Assembly: GCA_015064445.1 (NCBI GenBank)
Contig: SVSE01000001.1
Location: 277,789 to 341,788 of the forward strand
Length of the DNA: 64,000 nt
Direction: 5' to 3'
From: Oscillospiraceae bacterium
Lineage (GTDB): Bacteria; Bacillota; Clostridia; Oscillospirales; CAG-272
The first letter of the stretch is position 1. Every line of letters begins with the position of its first letter. The notes under the pieces were generated by a model that saw nothing but the letters and a program-made list of their open reading frames with translations, made no database searches and had not been told where the DNA came from. The position numbers were made by a program, and so were the translations under genes. Below, piece after piece: positions 1-8,353 of this stretch.

Positions 1-210
1 TTTTTCCATATCATTGAGCAAAAAGGGATCGTGCAATGTTTCTGCACTTTTCGATATAAAGGCTCTTGCATCATCAATGCTCGTATATCCTCTATTGATA
101 ATAAGCGTGGATAAAACATCGCTTATTCCAAGAGCGCTTGAAAGCTCTTTTGAGAACGAGGCATCAACGAGGTTGCCCTTTATATTCCATTTCTTTCTGT
201 CTTTTTTCAA
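1..210 (-). CDS. recJ: Single-stranded-DNA-specific exonuclease RecJ, N-terminal fragment (continues off the window)
   Basis: Absent from the ORF track because it has a TTG start and is truncated. Reverse-strand translation from 210 gives LKKDRKKWNIKGNLVDASFSKELSSALGISDVLSTLIINRGYTSIDDARAFISKSAETLHDPFLLNDMEK, a typical RecJ N-terminus (..NRG....A..F.....LHDPFLL.DM). A GGTG RBS lies 5 nt upstream. The start is 13 nt after the upstream stop. Confidence 0.55.
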   Translation of the reverse strand, partial: MKKDRKKWNIKGNLVDASFSKELSSALGISDVLSTLIINRGYTSIDDARAFISKSAETLHDPFLLNDMEK

Positions 211-223
211 TTTAACACCTATA

Positions 224-1792
224 TTACTTTCTTAAAATTGCTAACGCGACATTAAGTCCGTCAACTGCAGCACTCATAATGCCACCGGCATATCCTGCCC
301 CTTCTCCGCACGGATAAACATTCGCATGGGCAAAGGCAGTATAATTTTCATTTCTTAAAATACGAAGTGGGGCAGATGTCCTTGTTTCAACGCCAGTTAA
401 TGGCACATCCTTTGCATCAAAGCCCTTTATTTTTTTGCCAAATTCTACAAATCCAAGCTTCAAATAGTCACAAACAAATTTTGGCAAAACACCATTGAGA
501 TCGCAAACGCTTATAGAGCCGTTCATATATGACGGCATAATTCTTGAAGGCACGTTTGATGCTTTTCCTTCATAAAAATCGCCAAGCGTTTGCACAGGGG
601 CGTTATAATTTGAGCCCGCTGTAATAAAGGCTCTTTTTTCAAGCTCTCTTTGGAATGCGATAGCCTTGCGAGGATCAGAGCCATAATCCTCCTTATCAAC
701 CTGAACGGCAATAGCAGAATTGGCATTTTTACCATCTCTTGCATAATGGCTCATACCATTTACAACGACAGCATTTTCCTCGCTTGATGCACAAACTACC
801 TCTCCGCCAGGACACATACAAAACGAATAAACGCCCTTTCCGTCCTTCCTATAGGAAACATTATAATCAGCTGCGCCAAGCCTTTTATCGCCTGCATATT
901 TGCCGTACATAGCCTCGTTTATGTCACTTTGAAGATGCTCTACACGCACACCAACAGAAAACGCCTTTGGTTCGATTGCCATTCCCTTTTCCATAAGATA
1001 TGCATAGGTATCCCTTGCACTATGACCGAGCGCCAAAACAATGGATGAAAATTTAATTTCGCCCATCGTAGTATTAGCAACACCATCGGTAAATGAATTT
1101 AACTTCGTGTTATAAAAAACACTTCCACCAAGCGCTCTTATCTCGGCATCAATGCTTTTAACAATACCACGTAAATAATCTGTACCGATATGTGGCTTTG
1201 CCTTGAATTTTATATCCTCTGGAGCTCCGTGCTGGCAAAAGGTCTCCAAAACAAATGCACATTTTGGATCGCTTATTCTGGTAGTGAGCTTACCATCAGA
1301 AAATGTGCCTGCTCCACCCGCTCCAAACTGAATGTTTGTATCAGTGTCAAGCTCCTTTGTTTTGTAGAAGCTATTTACACGCGCTACTCTTGTATCAACA
1401 TCTGCACCACGCTCAATAACAAGGGGCTTAAGTCCAGCCCTTGCAAGTGCCAATGCACAAAACATTCCCGCAGGTCCAAAGCCTACAACGAGAGGTGGTG
1501 CTGCTAATGGTTCTCCGGTATATTCAAAGGAGAGAGTTTCATTAGAAAGAACTTTTATGCCAAATTTAGCAAGCCTTTCCTTTGATGCCCTTGTACCATC
1601 AACCTCAGCACATACCGTACATACAAGCTTGATATCATTTTTATTTCTTGCATCAATCGAGCGCTTATGCAAATAAAGATTTAAAATACGCGAAAAGGCA
1701 CGCGTTTTAATAATGCGCGCCTTTGCTATCTCGAAAATATCCTCATCAGTATTTGAAATTGATGCCTTTATTTGTTCTACTAAAATTCTCAT
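224..1792 (-). CDS. FAD-dependent oxidoreductase, COG2509-like uncharacterised dehydrogenase family
   Basis: 522-aa ORF. It has a dinucleotide-binding motif (VVGFGPAGMFCALALARAG..VIERG), GAGGAGTFSDGKL, and C-terminal CGEGAGYAGGIMSAAVDG. Its start overlaps the upstream stop as ATGA (1789-1792). Confidence 0.75.
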   Translation of the reverse strand: MRILVEQIKASISNTDEDIFEIAKARIIKTRAFSRILNLYLHKRSIDARNKNDIKLVCTVCAEVDGTRASKERLAKFGIKVLSNETLSFEYTGEPLAAPPLVVGFGPAGMFCALALARAGLKPLVIERGADVDTRVARVNSFYKTKELDTDTNIQFGAGGAGTFSDGKLTTRISDPKCAFVLETFCQHGAPEDIKFKAKPHIGTDYLRGIVKSIDAEIRALGGSVFYNTKLNSFTDGVANTTMGEIKFSSIVLALGHSARDTYAYLMEKGMAIEPKAFSVGVRVEHLQSDINEAMYGKYAGDKRLGAADYNVSYRKDGKGVYSFCMCPGGEVVCASSEENAVVVNGMSHYARDGKNANSAIAVQVDKEDYGSDPRKAIAFQRELEKRAFITAGSNYNAPVQTLGDFYEGKASNVPSRIMPSYMNGSISVCDLNGVLPKFVCDYLKLGFVEFGKKIKGFDAKDVPLTGVETRTSAPLRILRNENYTAFAHANVYPCGEGAGYAGGIMSAAVDGLNVALAILRK

Positions 1793-2208
1793 TTTTTCGA
1801 TATTGAGACAATAACAGAATCATCAGTTGATTCATTTTTAATTTCATAAGCCTCTGCCTTGCTCTCAATTAGAAAAACGGCATATTCATTTTCGGCGGTC
1901 TTTACAACCTTAAAATCAGATGACTTAAAGTCGACAACTACTCTGCGTACGCCCTTAACGGTAATTGTAATAGAGCCAGTGGGTTCGACATCAGTATACG
2001 GTGCATAGACGCTAACATCATCAAAATCTCTTTGGAAAATGTCGTTATCAGCCTCCATAACACCCATCCAAATAACAATAGCAATAAGAATACATGAGAT
2101 AAGCGCGATTACGAGAGTTACCTTACTCTTTTGGGGAGTATCGTCCTCCATCGCTGCAGCAGCGATTTCGGCTGTATCGATTTCTGTGGTTTTAGAAAAT
2201 CTATCCAT
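1789..2208 (-). CDS. Single-pass membrane protein, possible minimal YbbR/CdaR-like partner of CdaA
   Basis: 139 aa with one TM helix (VTLVIALISCILIAIVIWMGV) followed by a beta-rich ~85-aa domain. An AGGAGG RBS overlaps the cdaA stop. It occupies the position taken by cdaR in Firmicutes cdaA operons. The functional call is positional only. Confidence 0.5.
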   Translation of the reverse strand: MDRFSKTTEIDTAEIAAAAMEDDTPQKSKVTLVIALISCILIAIVIWMGVMEADNDIFQRDFDDVSVYAPYTDVEPTGSITITVKGVRRVVVDFKSSDFKVVKTAENEYAVFLIESKAEAYEIKNESTDDSVIVSISKK

Positions 2209-2218
2209 TGCGCCCTCC

Positions 2219-3076
2219 TTATCTTCTCTTTTGAGTCATTTTTATTTTTGCCCCGTGCTTCTTTTGAGATGATTTATCCTGGAGCAAATATTCCTCGAGC
2301 TTCTTCTTCATTGTAGCTCTTGTGAAGTTTCTATAAATATGTCCTTCATTAGCAATAGAAACAATTCCTGTTTCCTCTGAAACAACTACTGCAACACAGT
2401 CACTGTTTTCACTAACACCGATAGCAGCGCGGTGTCTTGTGCCAAGGTCCTTGATAATATCAGGATTTGTAGAAAGTGGCAACAAGCATCCAGCCGAATA
2501 AATTCTATTATCACGAACAATAACAGCTCCGTCATGAAGTGGTGCCTTGTTGAAGAAAATATTTCTTAAAAGGAATGTACTAACCTGTGCATTAAGTATT
2601 GTTCCACTCAAAATGAAATCACCAAGCTTGGTATTTCTTTCAAAAACTATAATTGCGCCTGTTTTGGTCTTTGCAAGATCAAATACAGCATTTGAAATCG
2701 TATCAATCATATCGATAGTTTGTGTGGAGTTCTTTGCTTCACCTATGCTCTTTACACCCTTGATAGAGTTATCACCGAGTTTTTCGAGCGCAGAACGGAA
2801 TTCTGGTTGGAAAATAACAACAAGCACAATGATACCAAAATCAAAGAAGTGCGACAAAATGAACTGCATAGAATGCAAATTCAAAAGATTACAAAGAATC
2901 ATAAACGCAAACAAAAGTCCAACGCCAAGTGCAAGCTTTCCTGCACGCCTTTCCTTTACAAACTGGAAGGCAACAAATAAAACGAGTGATAGACACAAAA
3001 TATCAAGTATGTCAAAAAATGAAATTACCGTGAAGTGTCTGAATATATGAACGATAAAATTCCATATTGCTCTCAT
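2219..3076 (-). CDS. cdaA: Diadenylate cyclase CdaA (DisA_N domain, three N-terminal TM helices)
   Basis: 285 aa with DAC signature motifs DGAVIVRDNRIYSAGCLLPLS and GTRHRAAIGVSENSDCVAVVVSEETGIVSIA, plus an N-terminal membrane anchor. Confidence 0.93.
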   Translation of the reverse strand: MRAIWNFIVHIFRHFTVISFFDILDILCLSLVLFVAFQFVKERRAGKLALGVGLLFAFMILCNLLNLHSMQFILSHFFDFGIIVLVVIFQPEFRSALEKLGDNSIKGVKSIGEAKNSTQTIDMIDTISNAVFDLAKTKTGAIIVFERNTKLGDFILSGTILNAQVSTFLLRNIFFNKAPLHDGAVIVRDNRIYSAGCLLPLSTNPDIIKDLGTRHRAAIGVSENSDCVAVVVSEETGIVSIANEGHIYRNFTRATMKKKLEEYLLQDKSSQKKHGAKIKMTQKRR

Positions 3077-3150
3077 AAGTCAACTCTCTCTTTCTCAAAA
3101 ATTACGTATACAAACGCGCGCTATCGCGGGCAAAAATATCAATTTATATA

Positions 3151-3179
3151 ATTATAACATAAATATTTAGCTTTGCCAA
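3151..3179 (-). promoter_or_regulatory. Sigma-A type promoter for the cdaA operon
   Basis: On the minus strand: TTGGCA, a 17-nt spacer, then TATAAT preceded by a TGt extended -10. Confidence 0.5.
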
Positions 3180-3229
3180 CACATTTTTGAATATTTTTCT
3201 TAAATACAGGCTACTTTTCAAATAAAAAT

Positions 3230-3268
3230 CAAAAAAATCGCCATTTTCTTTAAAAAATAGCGATTTTT
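3230..3268 (-). terminator. Rho-independent terminator after the 3286-3981 gene
   Basis: Minus-strand hairpin TCGCTATTTT..AAAATGGCGA (one G-U pair) followed by a U-run. Confidence 0.5.
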
Positions 3269-3285
3269 AACTTTTAAAATTGTCT

Positions 3286-3981
3286 TCAAATTGCTCTTGC
3301 ACCACCAAAATCAAACACATCCTCGCACGAAATTGATTTTTCTTTCATTTTCAAGCGTGCAATTTCACTATGAATTTTCTCATAGTCCTTGTGTTTTTTT
3401 ATGTCACCAAAAAAGTAAACTGTATCATCAATCACGCACGATGCGCCACCTATAAAGCCATAGTCATAACCATCTAATTTTATGTCACCTTGACTTATTA
3501 AAACTACTCTCTTGCCTGCCTTCGCAAGGGCGTTATAAATGCTTTTATCAGCAGTTACCGCAGTATCATCGTCAAGAACGAGCGTTGAGCAAGCGCTATA
3601 TCCCTGCTTTACATCAATTAATTGAAAGCCCAAGGCTTTTGCATATTCAATGATTTCCTTGGCAACATATTTGAGTTTTCCACAAATTAGATTGCCAATT
3701 TTAAGAGCATTAAGAGCGATATCGCTTGGATATTTAGCAGAGGTAGGCGATGATATTTTTACAATTTCATACCCCTCATTCTCTGCTATTTTGAATATAT
3801 TTTCATTTTTATAATAATAGTCCTCATAGCAAAAAATCCTTTTGCCAAGCGAGAAAATGAGCATATCGGCATGAGTTGAGACAGGCCCATCAAGCTTATC
3901 GTATGGTAGAAGTGATAAAACTTCACATCCTGTTGCCTTAGCAAGAGGTTCGGCAACAAAAGTGCTGGCAAACAATTTCAT
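3286..3981 (-). CDS. Hypothetical protein, possibly pentein/GME-fold (DUF6873-like)
   Basis: 231 aa, soluble. It has a STHADML motif and a C-terminal GFIGGASCVI motif that resembles the GG..C nucleophile motif of guanidino-modifying enzymes. The family name is recalled, not verified. Confidence 0.45.
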   Translation of the reverse strand: MKLFASTFVAEPLAKATGCEVLSLLPYDKLDGPVSTHADMLIFSLGKRIFCYEDYYYKNENIFKIAENEGYEIVKISSPTSAKYPSDIALNALKIGNLICGKLKYVAKEIIEYAKALGFQLIDVKQGYSACSTLVLDDDTAVTADKSIYNALAKAGKRVVLISQGDIKLDGYDYGFIGGASCVIDDTVYFFGDIKKHKDYEKIHSEIARLKMKEKSISCEDVFDFGGARAI

Positions 3982-3997
3982 TTTTAACTCCTTTTAT

Positions 3998-4025
3998 GAA
4001 AAAAAGACCGCCATAGACGGTCTTT
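3998..4025 (-). terminator. Rho-independent terminator after rpmB
   Basis: Minus-strand hairpin AAGACCGTCTATGGCGGTCTT followed by TTTTTTT. Confidence 0.75.
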
Positions 4026-4038
4026 ATTCTCAAAATAC

Positions 4039-4227
4039 TCAGATTGCGCGAACAACCTTGCCTGAACGAAGGCAACGAGAGCATACATTAACAGTTTTGT
4101 TTGAGCCGTCTACAACAGCCTTTACTCTTCTAATATTAGGTTTCCAAACTCTGTTAGTTTTACGGTTTGAGTGTGATACATTGTGTCCGAATGTAACGCC
4201 TTTTCCGCAGATAGCACACTTAGCCAT
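4039..4227 (-). CDS. rpmB: 50S ribosomal protein L28
   Basis: 62 aa: MAKCAICGKGVTFGHNVSHSNRKTNRVWKPNIRRVKAVVDGSNKTVNVCSRCLRSGKV, the canonical L28 sequence pattern. GGAGG RBS. Confidence 0.95.
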   Translation of the reverse strand: MAKCAICGKGVTFGHNVSHSNRKTNRVWKPNIRRVKAVVDGSNKTVNVCSRCLRSGKVVRAI

Positions 4228-4280
4228 TTTTTACACCTCCATTAAAGTAGAAAAGATACCTACCAAAATTCACGATTAGT

Positions 4281-4309
4281 ATTATAGCACAGTATTTTTT
4301 CAATTGCAA
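4281..4309 (-). promoter_or_regulatory. Sigma-A type promoter for rpmB
   Basis: On the minus strand: TTGCAA, a 17-nt spacer, then TATAAT with a TGc extended -10. Confidence 0.55.
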
Positions 4310-4333
4310 TAGTAAAATTCAATTTTTTTAAAA

Positions 4334-5938
4334 TTATTTTTTATTTATTTTTTCGAGTATATGTTCAAGGGAAATTCCGTACTTATCGGCTATATCCTTG
4401 GCGTAACTCTTTCCGTCTGGTTTTGCTCTTGTAATTTTAAAGCTTCTCTGCCCCTTATCCATGCCAGCAACAAGCGTATCAATCCTTGCACCACCATTCT
4501 TTGAGCATTTTTCATTTATTTCATCAAGCATTGCTGAAAGCTCGTGCAGGTGAGTTGAAAAAACACCTCTGCAACGCGCCATTGAGAAGCCACAAAGCAC
4601 CTCAGATGCAATGTATGCGCCCTCAAAAGAGCCTGTTGATGAAAGTGATTCGTCAAGCAGAACAAGACTATTTTCAGTAACCTTGCCAAAAATATCGTCA
4701 AGACGAGCGCACTCCTCGCCAAGTCTTCCCTTGTCAATTGTGTCCTCAGAGCCAGTTGGAAAATGAGTGAATATAGCGTCAACTGGACTAATTTCAGCGC
4801 TTTTAGCAGGAACCATAAGTCCGAGTTGTGCAAGGGCAAAGGTTAACCCAACTGCACAAGTAATAACGGACTTGCCACCTCTATTAGGTCCAGATAAAAT
4901 ATAAAATGTCCCATTTTCATCAAAATCAAAATCGTTTTCAACCATAACATCATTGATTTTAGATGCAACAACTGGATTATATATTCCCCTTGCGCTGAAT
5001 TTCTTTTCGGAAACAGGCAAAATTGTTGGAAAGCACAAAGGATTTCCTGTATCGCGAAGCGAGTTAATGAGCTCCGTTCCCTTTACAACAAACTCAATTT
5101 CAGGCAAAAGTCTTATAAGAAAGTTTGCGTTTTCAAGAACATATGCCTGAACTGTCTTTCTCCATGCACGCATTGATGATTTAAAGACATCATTAAGGGC
5201 ACTATTGAAAGCATTTGTCAAGGCAATCTGCTGATTCTCCGACTGCGATTTTTTAAAAGGCACAAGTGGGGCGATGCAGGTATATTCATCATTTTTAAAA
5301 TCAAGGCGAAGAATCTTATCAATAAGCTCTCCCGACTTGAACTTCTCATTATTAACGCTCAAAACTCCCGCAGCATCAGGACGAAGCTTAGAGTCAAGAT
5401 TTACACCGATTGTGATGCTTTTAATTTCTCTCACTCTCGATGTAAGCTCTTTGAGCTTTTTATTGAGGTCAATATAGTATTCGCTTTGAGTAAGCTCTTT
5501 TATTCTTGTAGCAAAAGTAACAAAAGCATCGCTTTTCAGGTTATCTCTCATAGGATAAAGTCCCTCTGAAAGAAGCTCCATAGCAGAAATATAAAGCTCA
5601 ACCTCTGTTATGCTATATAGATATGCCTCAGACGGATCAGTATCGCTTGAAAGACGACGAATTTCTGAAATATCCGACAAAATAGGACTAACGCTCATAA
5701 GAACATTACAAAGCTCTGGGTTGTGCACCATATCATCAAAAACCATTTGACGATATTTGATAACTTCTGGATCGCATGTGAAAAAGTCGCTCAAAAGACT
5801 ATTTTTCAAATCGAAAATAGTATCAAGCTCAAGCTCGCCTAAAACCTCACTTGAAATGTCGACTCTATTTTCTCCGTTTTCCTCTCTTTCAAGAGCATCG
5901 CTATTTGGATAAAGAAGACTAATTTCTATGTTTTGCAT
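4334..5938 (-). CDS. MutS-related ATPase (MutS domain III/V only; no mismatch-binding or Smr domain)
   Basis: 534 aa. Walker A is GPNRGGKSV, Walker B is LVLLDESLSSTG, and the STHLHEL signature is present. The N-terminal half is helical with no MutS domain I motifs. Confidence 0.8.
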   Translation of the reverse strand: MQNIEISLLYPNSDALEREENGENRVDISSEVLGELELDTIFDLKNSLLSDFFTCDPEVIKYRQMVFDDMVHNPELCNVLMSVSPILSDISEIRRLSSDTDPSEAYLYSITEVELYISAMELLSEGLYPMRDNLKSDAFVTFATRIKELTQSEYYIDLNKKLKELTSRVREIKSITIGVNLDSKLRPDAAGVLSVNNEKFKSGELIDKILRLDFKNDEYTCIAPLVPFKKSQSENQQIALTNAFNSALNDVFKSSMRAWRKTVQAYVLENANFLIRLLPEIEFVVKGTELINSLRDTGNPLCFPTILPVSEKKFSARGIYNPVVASKINDVMVENDFDFDENGTFYILSGPNRGGKSVITCAVGLTFALAQLGLMVPAKSAEISPVDAIFTHFPTGSEDTIDKGRLGEECARLDDIFGKVTENSLVLLDESLSSTGSFEGAYIASEVLCGFSMARCRGVFSTHLHELSAMLDEINEKCSKNGGARIDTLVAGMDKGQRSFKITRAKPDGKSYAKDIADKYGISLEHILEKINKK

Positions 5939-6029
5939 TTTATTCCTCTAAAAAAATTTTATTTTAAAATATAATATCATAAAATGAAGCTTTTGAAAAG
6001 CATTTTTTTGAAATTTCCACTTTTATTCC

Positions 6030-6058
6030 TTGAAAATGGCATTTTTCTGTGATAAAAT
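6030..6058 (+). promoter_or_regulatory. Sigma-A type promoter for the TIM-barrel gene
   Basis: TTGAAA, a 17-nt spacer, then TAAAAT with TGa immediately upstream. Confidence 0.5.
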
Positions 6059-6076
6059 TTCTCTTGAGGTGATTTG

Positions 6077-6895
6077 ATGAACAAAATTTACTGCTCGACA
6101 GGAACGCTCGTCGGAAGGGTTTGTGGATATGATTATTCTCTTATAAGCAAACATTTGCCAAAGCTATACGAAAACGGAACAATTGACGGTATGGAATTTA
6201 TGATGATACCGTTTTATTATGATATTTTATGCAAGGTTATTGATACAGTTAAGTCTTCTAATGTGCCCTCCCCTATAATTCATTGCGAAAAGGATGTTGG
6301 CGTTTTGCTGTCAGATTGCGACGAAGAATCCACAAGGCGCGCTTTTGAGCTTTTTAAAATCAATTGCGAGGCAGGAGAAAAAATAGGCGCACAAAAAATG
6401 GTCTTTCATTTATGGGGTGGAGAAAAAAGCGATTCTCACATTGAATATAACATTTCATTTCTTGAAAAATTAATAAAAATTGCAGAGGGTTTTAGGCTTA
6501 AATTGCTCATTGAAAACATTCCCTGTACCACACATTCAGGACTGCAAAACTGGAAAAGAATCAAAGAATTCTTGCCCAAAATTGATTTTATTTTTGACAC
6601 AAGATTTGGTTCATTCCACGATGAAATAAATGAGATTTTAGAAGATGAATTATGGAATTTTGTATCGCATATTCACATAAGCGACTACTCCTCATATCCT
6701 CGTGATTTTTCCAAAATCAGACCTATTTTACATCCTGGCGAGGGTGTTATCGATTTCGACTCACTTTTCGAAAAATTGTCAACTAAAGCTTATAATGGCT
6801 CTTTCACTTTAGAATCCCCTGTTATGATTCAAAACGGAGCTGATATTGAAAAATTAAATTCATCTCTTATATACATAAAAAATCACTTAAAATAA
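6077..6895 (+). CDS. Sugar phosphate isomerase/epimerase (xylose-isomerase-like / AP-endonuclease-2 TIM barrel family)
   Basis: ~272 aa with a pattern of conserved H/E/D residues (FHLWGG, LIENIP, HISDY, ..HPGEGVIDF) typical of this TIM-barrel family. The ATG at 6077 is preferred over the TTG at 6074 because of GAGGTG RBS spacing. Confidence 0.6.
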   Translation: MNKIYCSTGTLVGRVCGYDYSLISKHLPKLYENGTIDGMEFMMIPFYYDILCKVIDTVKSSNVPSPIIHCEKDVGVLLSDCDEESTRRAFELFKINCEAGEKIGAQKMVFHLWGGEKSDSHIEYNISFLEKLIKIAEGFRLKLLIENIPCTTHSGLQNWKRIKEFLPKIDFIFDTRFGSFHDEINEILEDELWNFVSHIHISDYSSYPRDFSKIRPILHPGEGVIDFDSLFEKLSTKAYNGSFTLESPVMIQNGADIEKLNSSLIYIKNHLK

Positions 6896-6902
6896 AATGA
6901 AA

Positions 6903-6936
6903 AAGGTGGCAAAATTCGTTTGCCACCTTAGTTTTT
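6903..6936. terminator. Bidirectional rho-independent terminator
   Basis: Hairpin AAGGTGGCAAA..TTTGCCACCTT flanked by an A-run and a T-run, lying between convergent genes. Confidence 0.7.
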
Positions 6937-6942
6937 ATGTGT

Positions 6943-6990
6943 AATTGAATTTATGAATTTGCAAATTTAAAAATTCAACAATTTTAAAAT
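6943..6990. repeat. AT-rich TGAATTT/AAATTCA motif cluster (locus A)
   Basis: TGAATTT occurs at 6946 and 6954, with inverted AAATTCA at 6971. Related clusters are at 28796, 37997 and 54615. Confidence 0.4.
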
Positions 6991-6999
6991 CAATCAATT

Positions 7000-8148
7000 T
7001 CACTTAAGCTTTTTTATTTCTTCCTTTTTGGCACTTTTTAGAGCCTTTTTTTGCATTTTAAGTTGTGCCTTTTTAAAGCTTGCAATAGCGTTTTTCTCCT
7101 TTATTAGCGAGAAAATGGCATCAAACATAGCCTTCTTATTCGAGCTTTCTGTTTTCAACAAAGCCTTAATAAATCTTAGCTTTTGAGAGTTGATATCGGT
7201 AAGTGTTGCGGCATCGCTTGAAATAGCCAATTTATAGAACGCATCTACGAACTCGTGGCGTTGACTTATAGGCATTTTATACACCCAAGCCTTAAGAAGC
7301 TCATGGAAGTTATCGCTTGGCTTTTCAAAGCAAGGAAGCTCAAGAAATCTTGTACCTAAAATATGCCAAGTAAATGCATCATGCTGCATAAGGCCTTTGG
7401 TTGAGCTTTTTATGATTTTATAGTTGCCTATTATCTCGAAAATTCGTCCAACTACGGATTTGGAAGGTAAAATTGTTGTGATCTTTTCCGTTATATCTAT
7501 ATCCTTGTAGTGAGAAATATATTCGTTCATAAAGCCTGGACCATCAAAGCTATAAACCTGTTCTATTCTCTTGTGATATTTTTCTGGACAGTTTAGTGCC
7601 GAATAAACAGCGATATTGCCTCCTTTAGAATGGCCTGTAACGATGAGCTTGTTTTGAGTGAGCTTTGCAATTTCCTCGAGATATTCAGCGCCCTCTTTTT
7701 GAGACGGAACAGGCGTGAAAAGAGACATATTTAGATCTTCTTTCCAGCCGATTATTGTGTCATCTGTCCCTCGATAAGTAACATATGTAAGCTTACCATA
7801 TGAAAAACAGATTGCTGAAAATTGCTTTTCAGCATCAAGGCACGTGTCACTTTTGTAGCCCCAAAGAGAAACGTTTGAAAAACGCTTGCTCTGGGCTGCC
7901 TTTTTCAAAAGAACAAGAATATCAGATGGCAAAATAAGGCCAAGAGAAAATTTTTCCCCGTTAATTTCGAAAAATCTTTTAGATGCCTCGGCCAAGGAAA
8001 TCGACTGATTTGTACCGAGCTCTGGAACAATATTTTCAAATGGGACATAAGAAAGCTCTGAGAAAATAAGCGCATCTATTTCATTTGGCTCTGCATTATC
8101 AAAGGTAAGATCAGAGCGCCATATAAGATAATCAAAAACATTAGGCAT
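7000..8148 (-). CDS. Mbeg1-like / DUF2974 alpha/beta-hydrolase (lipase-type serine)
   Basis: Nucleophile elbow VTGHSKGGNIAVYSAL. The start at 8148 (MPNVFDYL) is preferred because AGGTGGTGA sits 5 nt upstream. The track ORF extends to 8181. Confidence 0.65.
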   Translation of the reverse strand: MPNVFDYLIWRSDLTFDNAEPNEIDALIFSELSYVPFENIVPELGTNQSISLAEASKRFFEINGEKFSLGLILPSDILVLLKKAAQSKRFSNVSLWGYKSDTCLDAEKQFSAICFSYGKLTYVTYRGTDDTIIGWKEDLNMSLFTPVPSQKEGAEYLEEIAKLTQNKLIVTGHSKGGNIAVYSALNCPEKYHKRIEQVYSFDGPGFMNEYISHYKDIDITEKITTILPSKSVVGRIFEIIGNYKIIKSSTKGLMQHDAFTWHILGTRFLELPCFEKPSDNFHELLKAWVYKMPISQRHEFVDAFYKLAISSDAATLTDINSQKLRFIKALLKTESSNKKAMFDAIFSLIKEKNAIASFKKAQLKMQKKALKSAKKEEIKKLK

Positions 8149-8294
8149 TATTTCACCACCTTTCCATATATATTTTAACATATTTCCAACTTCTTTACAA
8201 TAGCTCTAATAAATATTTTGCTTTGCAAAACGAAAGGAAATTGCCGTTTTTTCGGCATAAAATTCAAAATTTGGCTAATATGGTTAGTTTTAGA

Positions 8295-8323
8295 TTGACA
8301 ATCGCGCTATAATATGTTAAAAT
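8295..8323 (+). promoter_or_regulatory. Sigma-A type promoter for the VTC/DUF4956 operon
   Basis: TTGACA, a 17-nt spacer, then TAAAAT. Confidence 0.6.
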
Positions 8324-8353
8324 GTAATATATAATGCGAGGGGAGGGCTTGCT

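Noticed and set aside
107-114. DnaA-box-like GTGGATAA (8/9 match to TTATCCACA)
   Set aside because: It is a single copy inside the recJ coding sequence, with no cluster and no AT-rich unwinding element. It is not an origin.
14-235. 73-aa plus-strand ORF at the left edge
   Set aside because: It has no RBS and a low-complexity hydrophobic translation. The opposite strand encodes a convincing RecJ N-terminus in frame with the window edge, so this is a shadow ORF.
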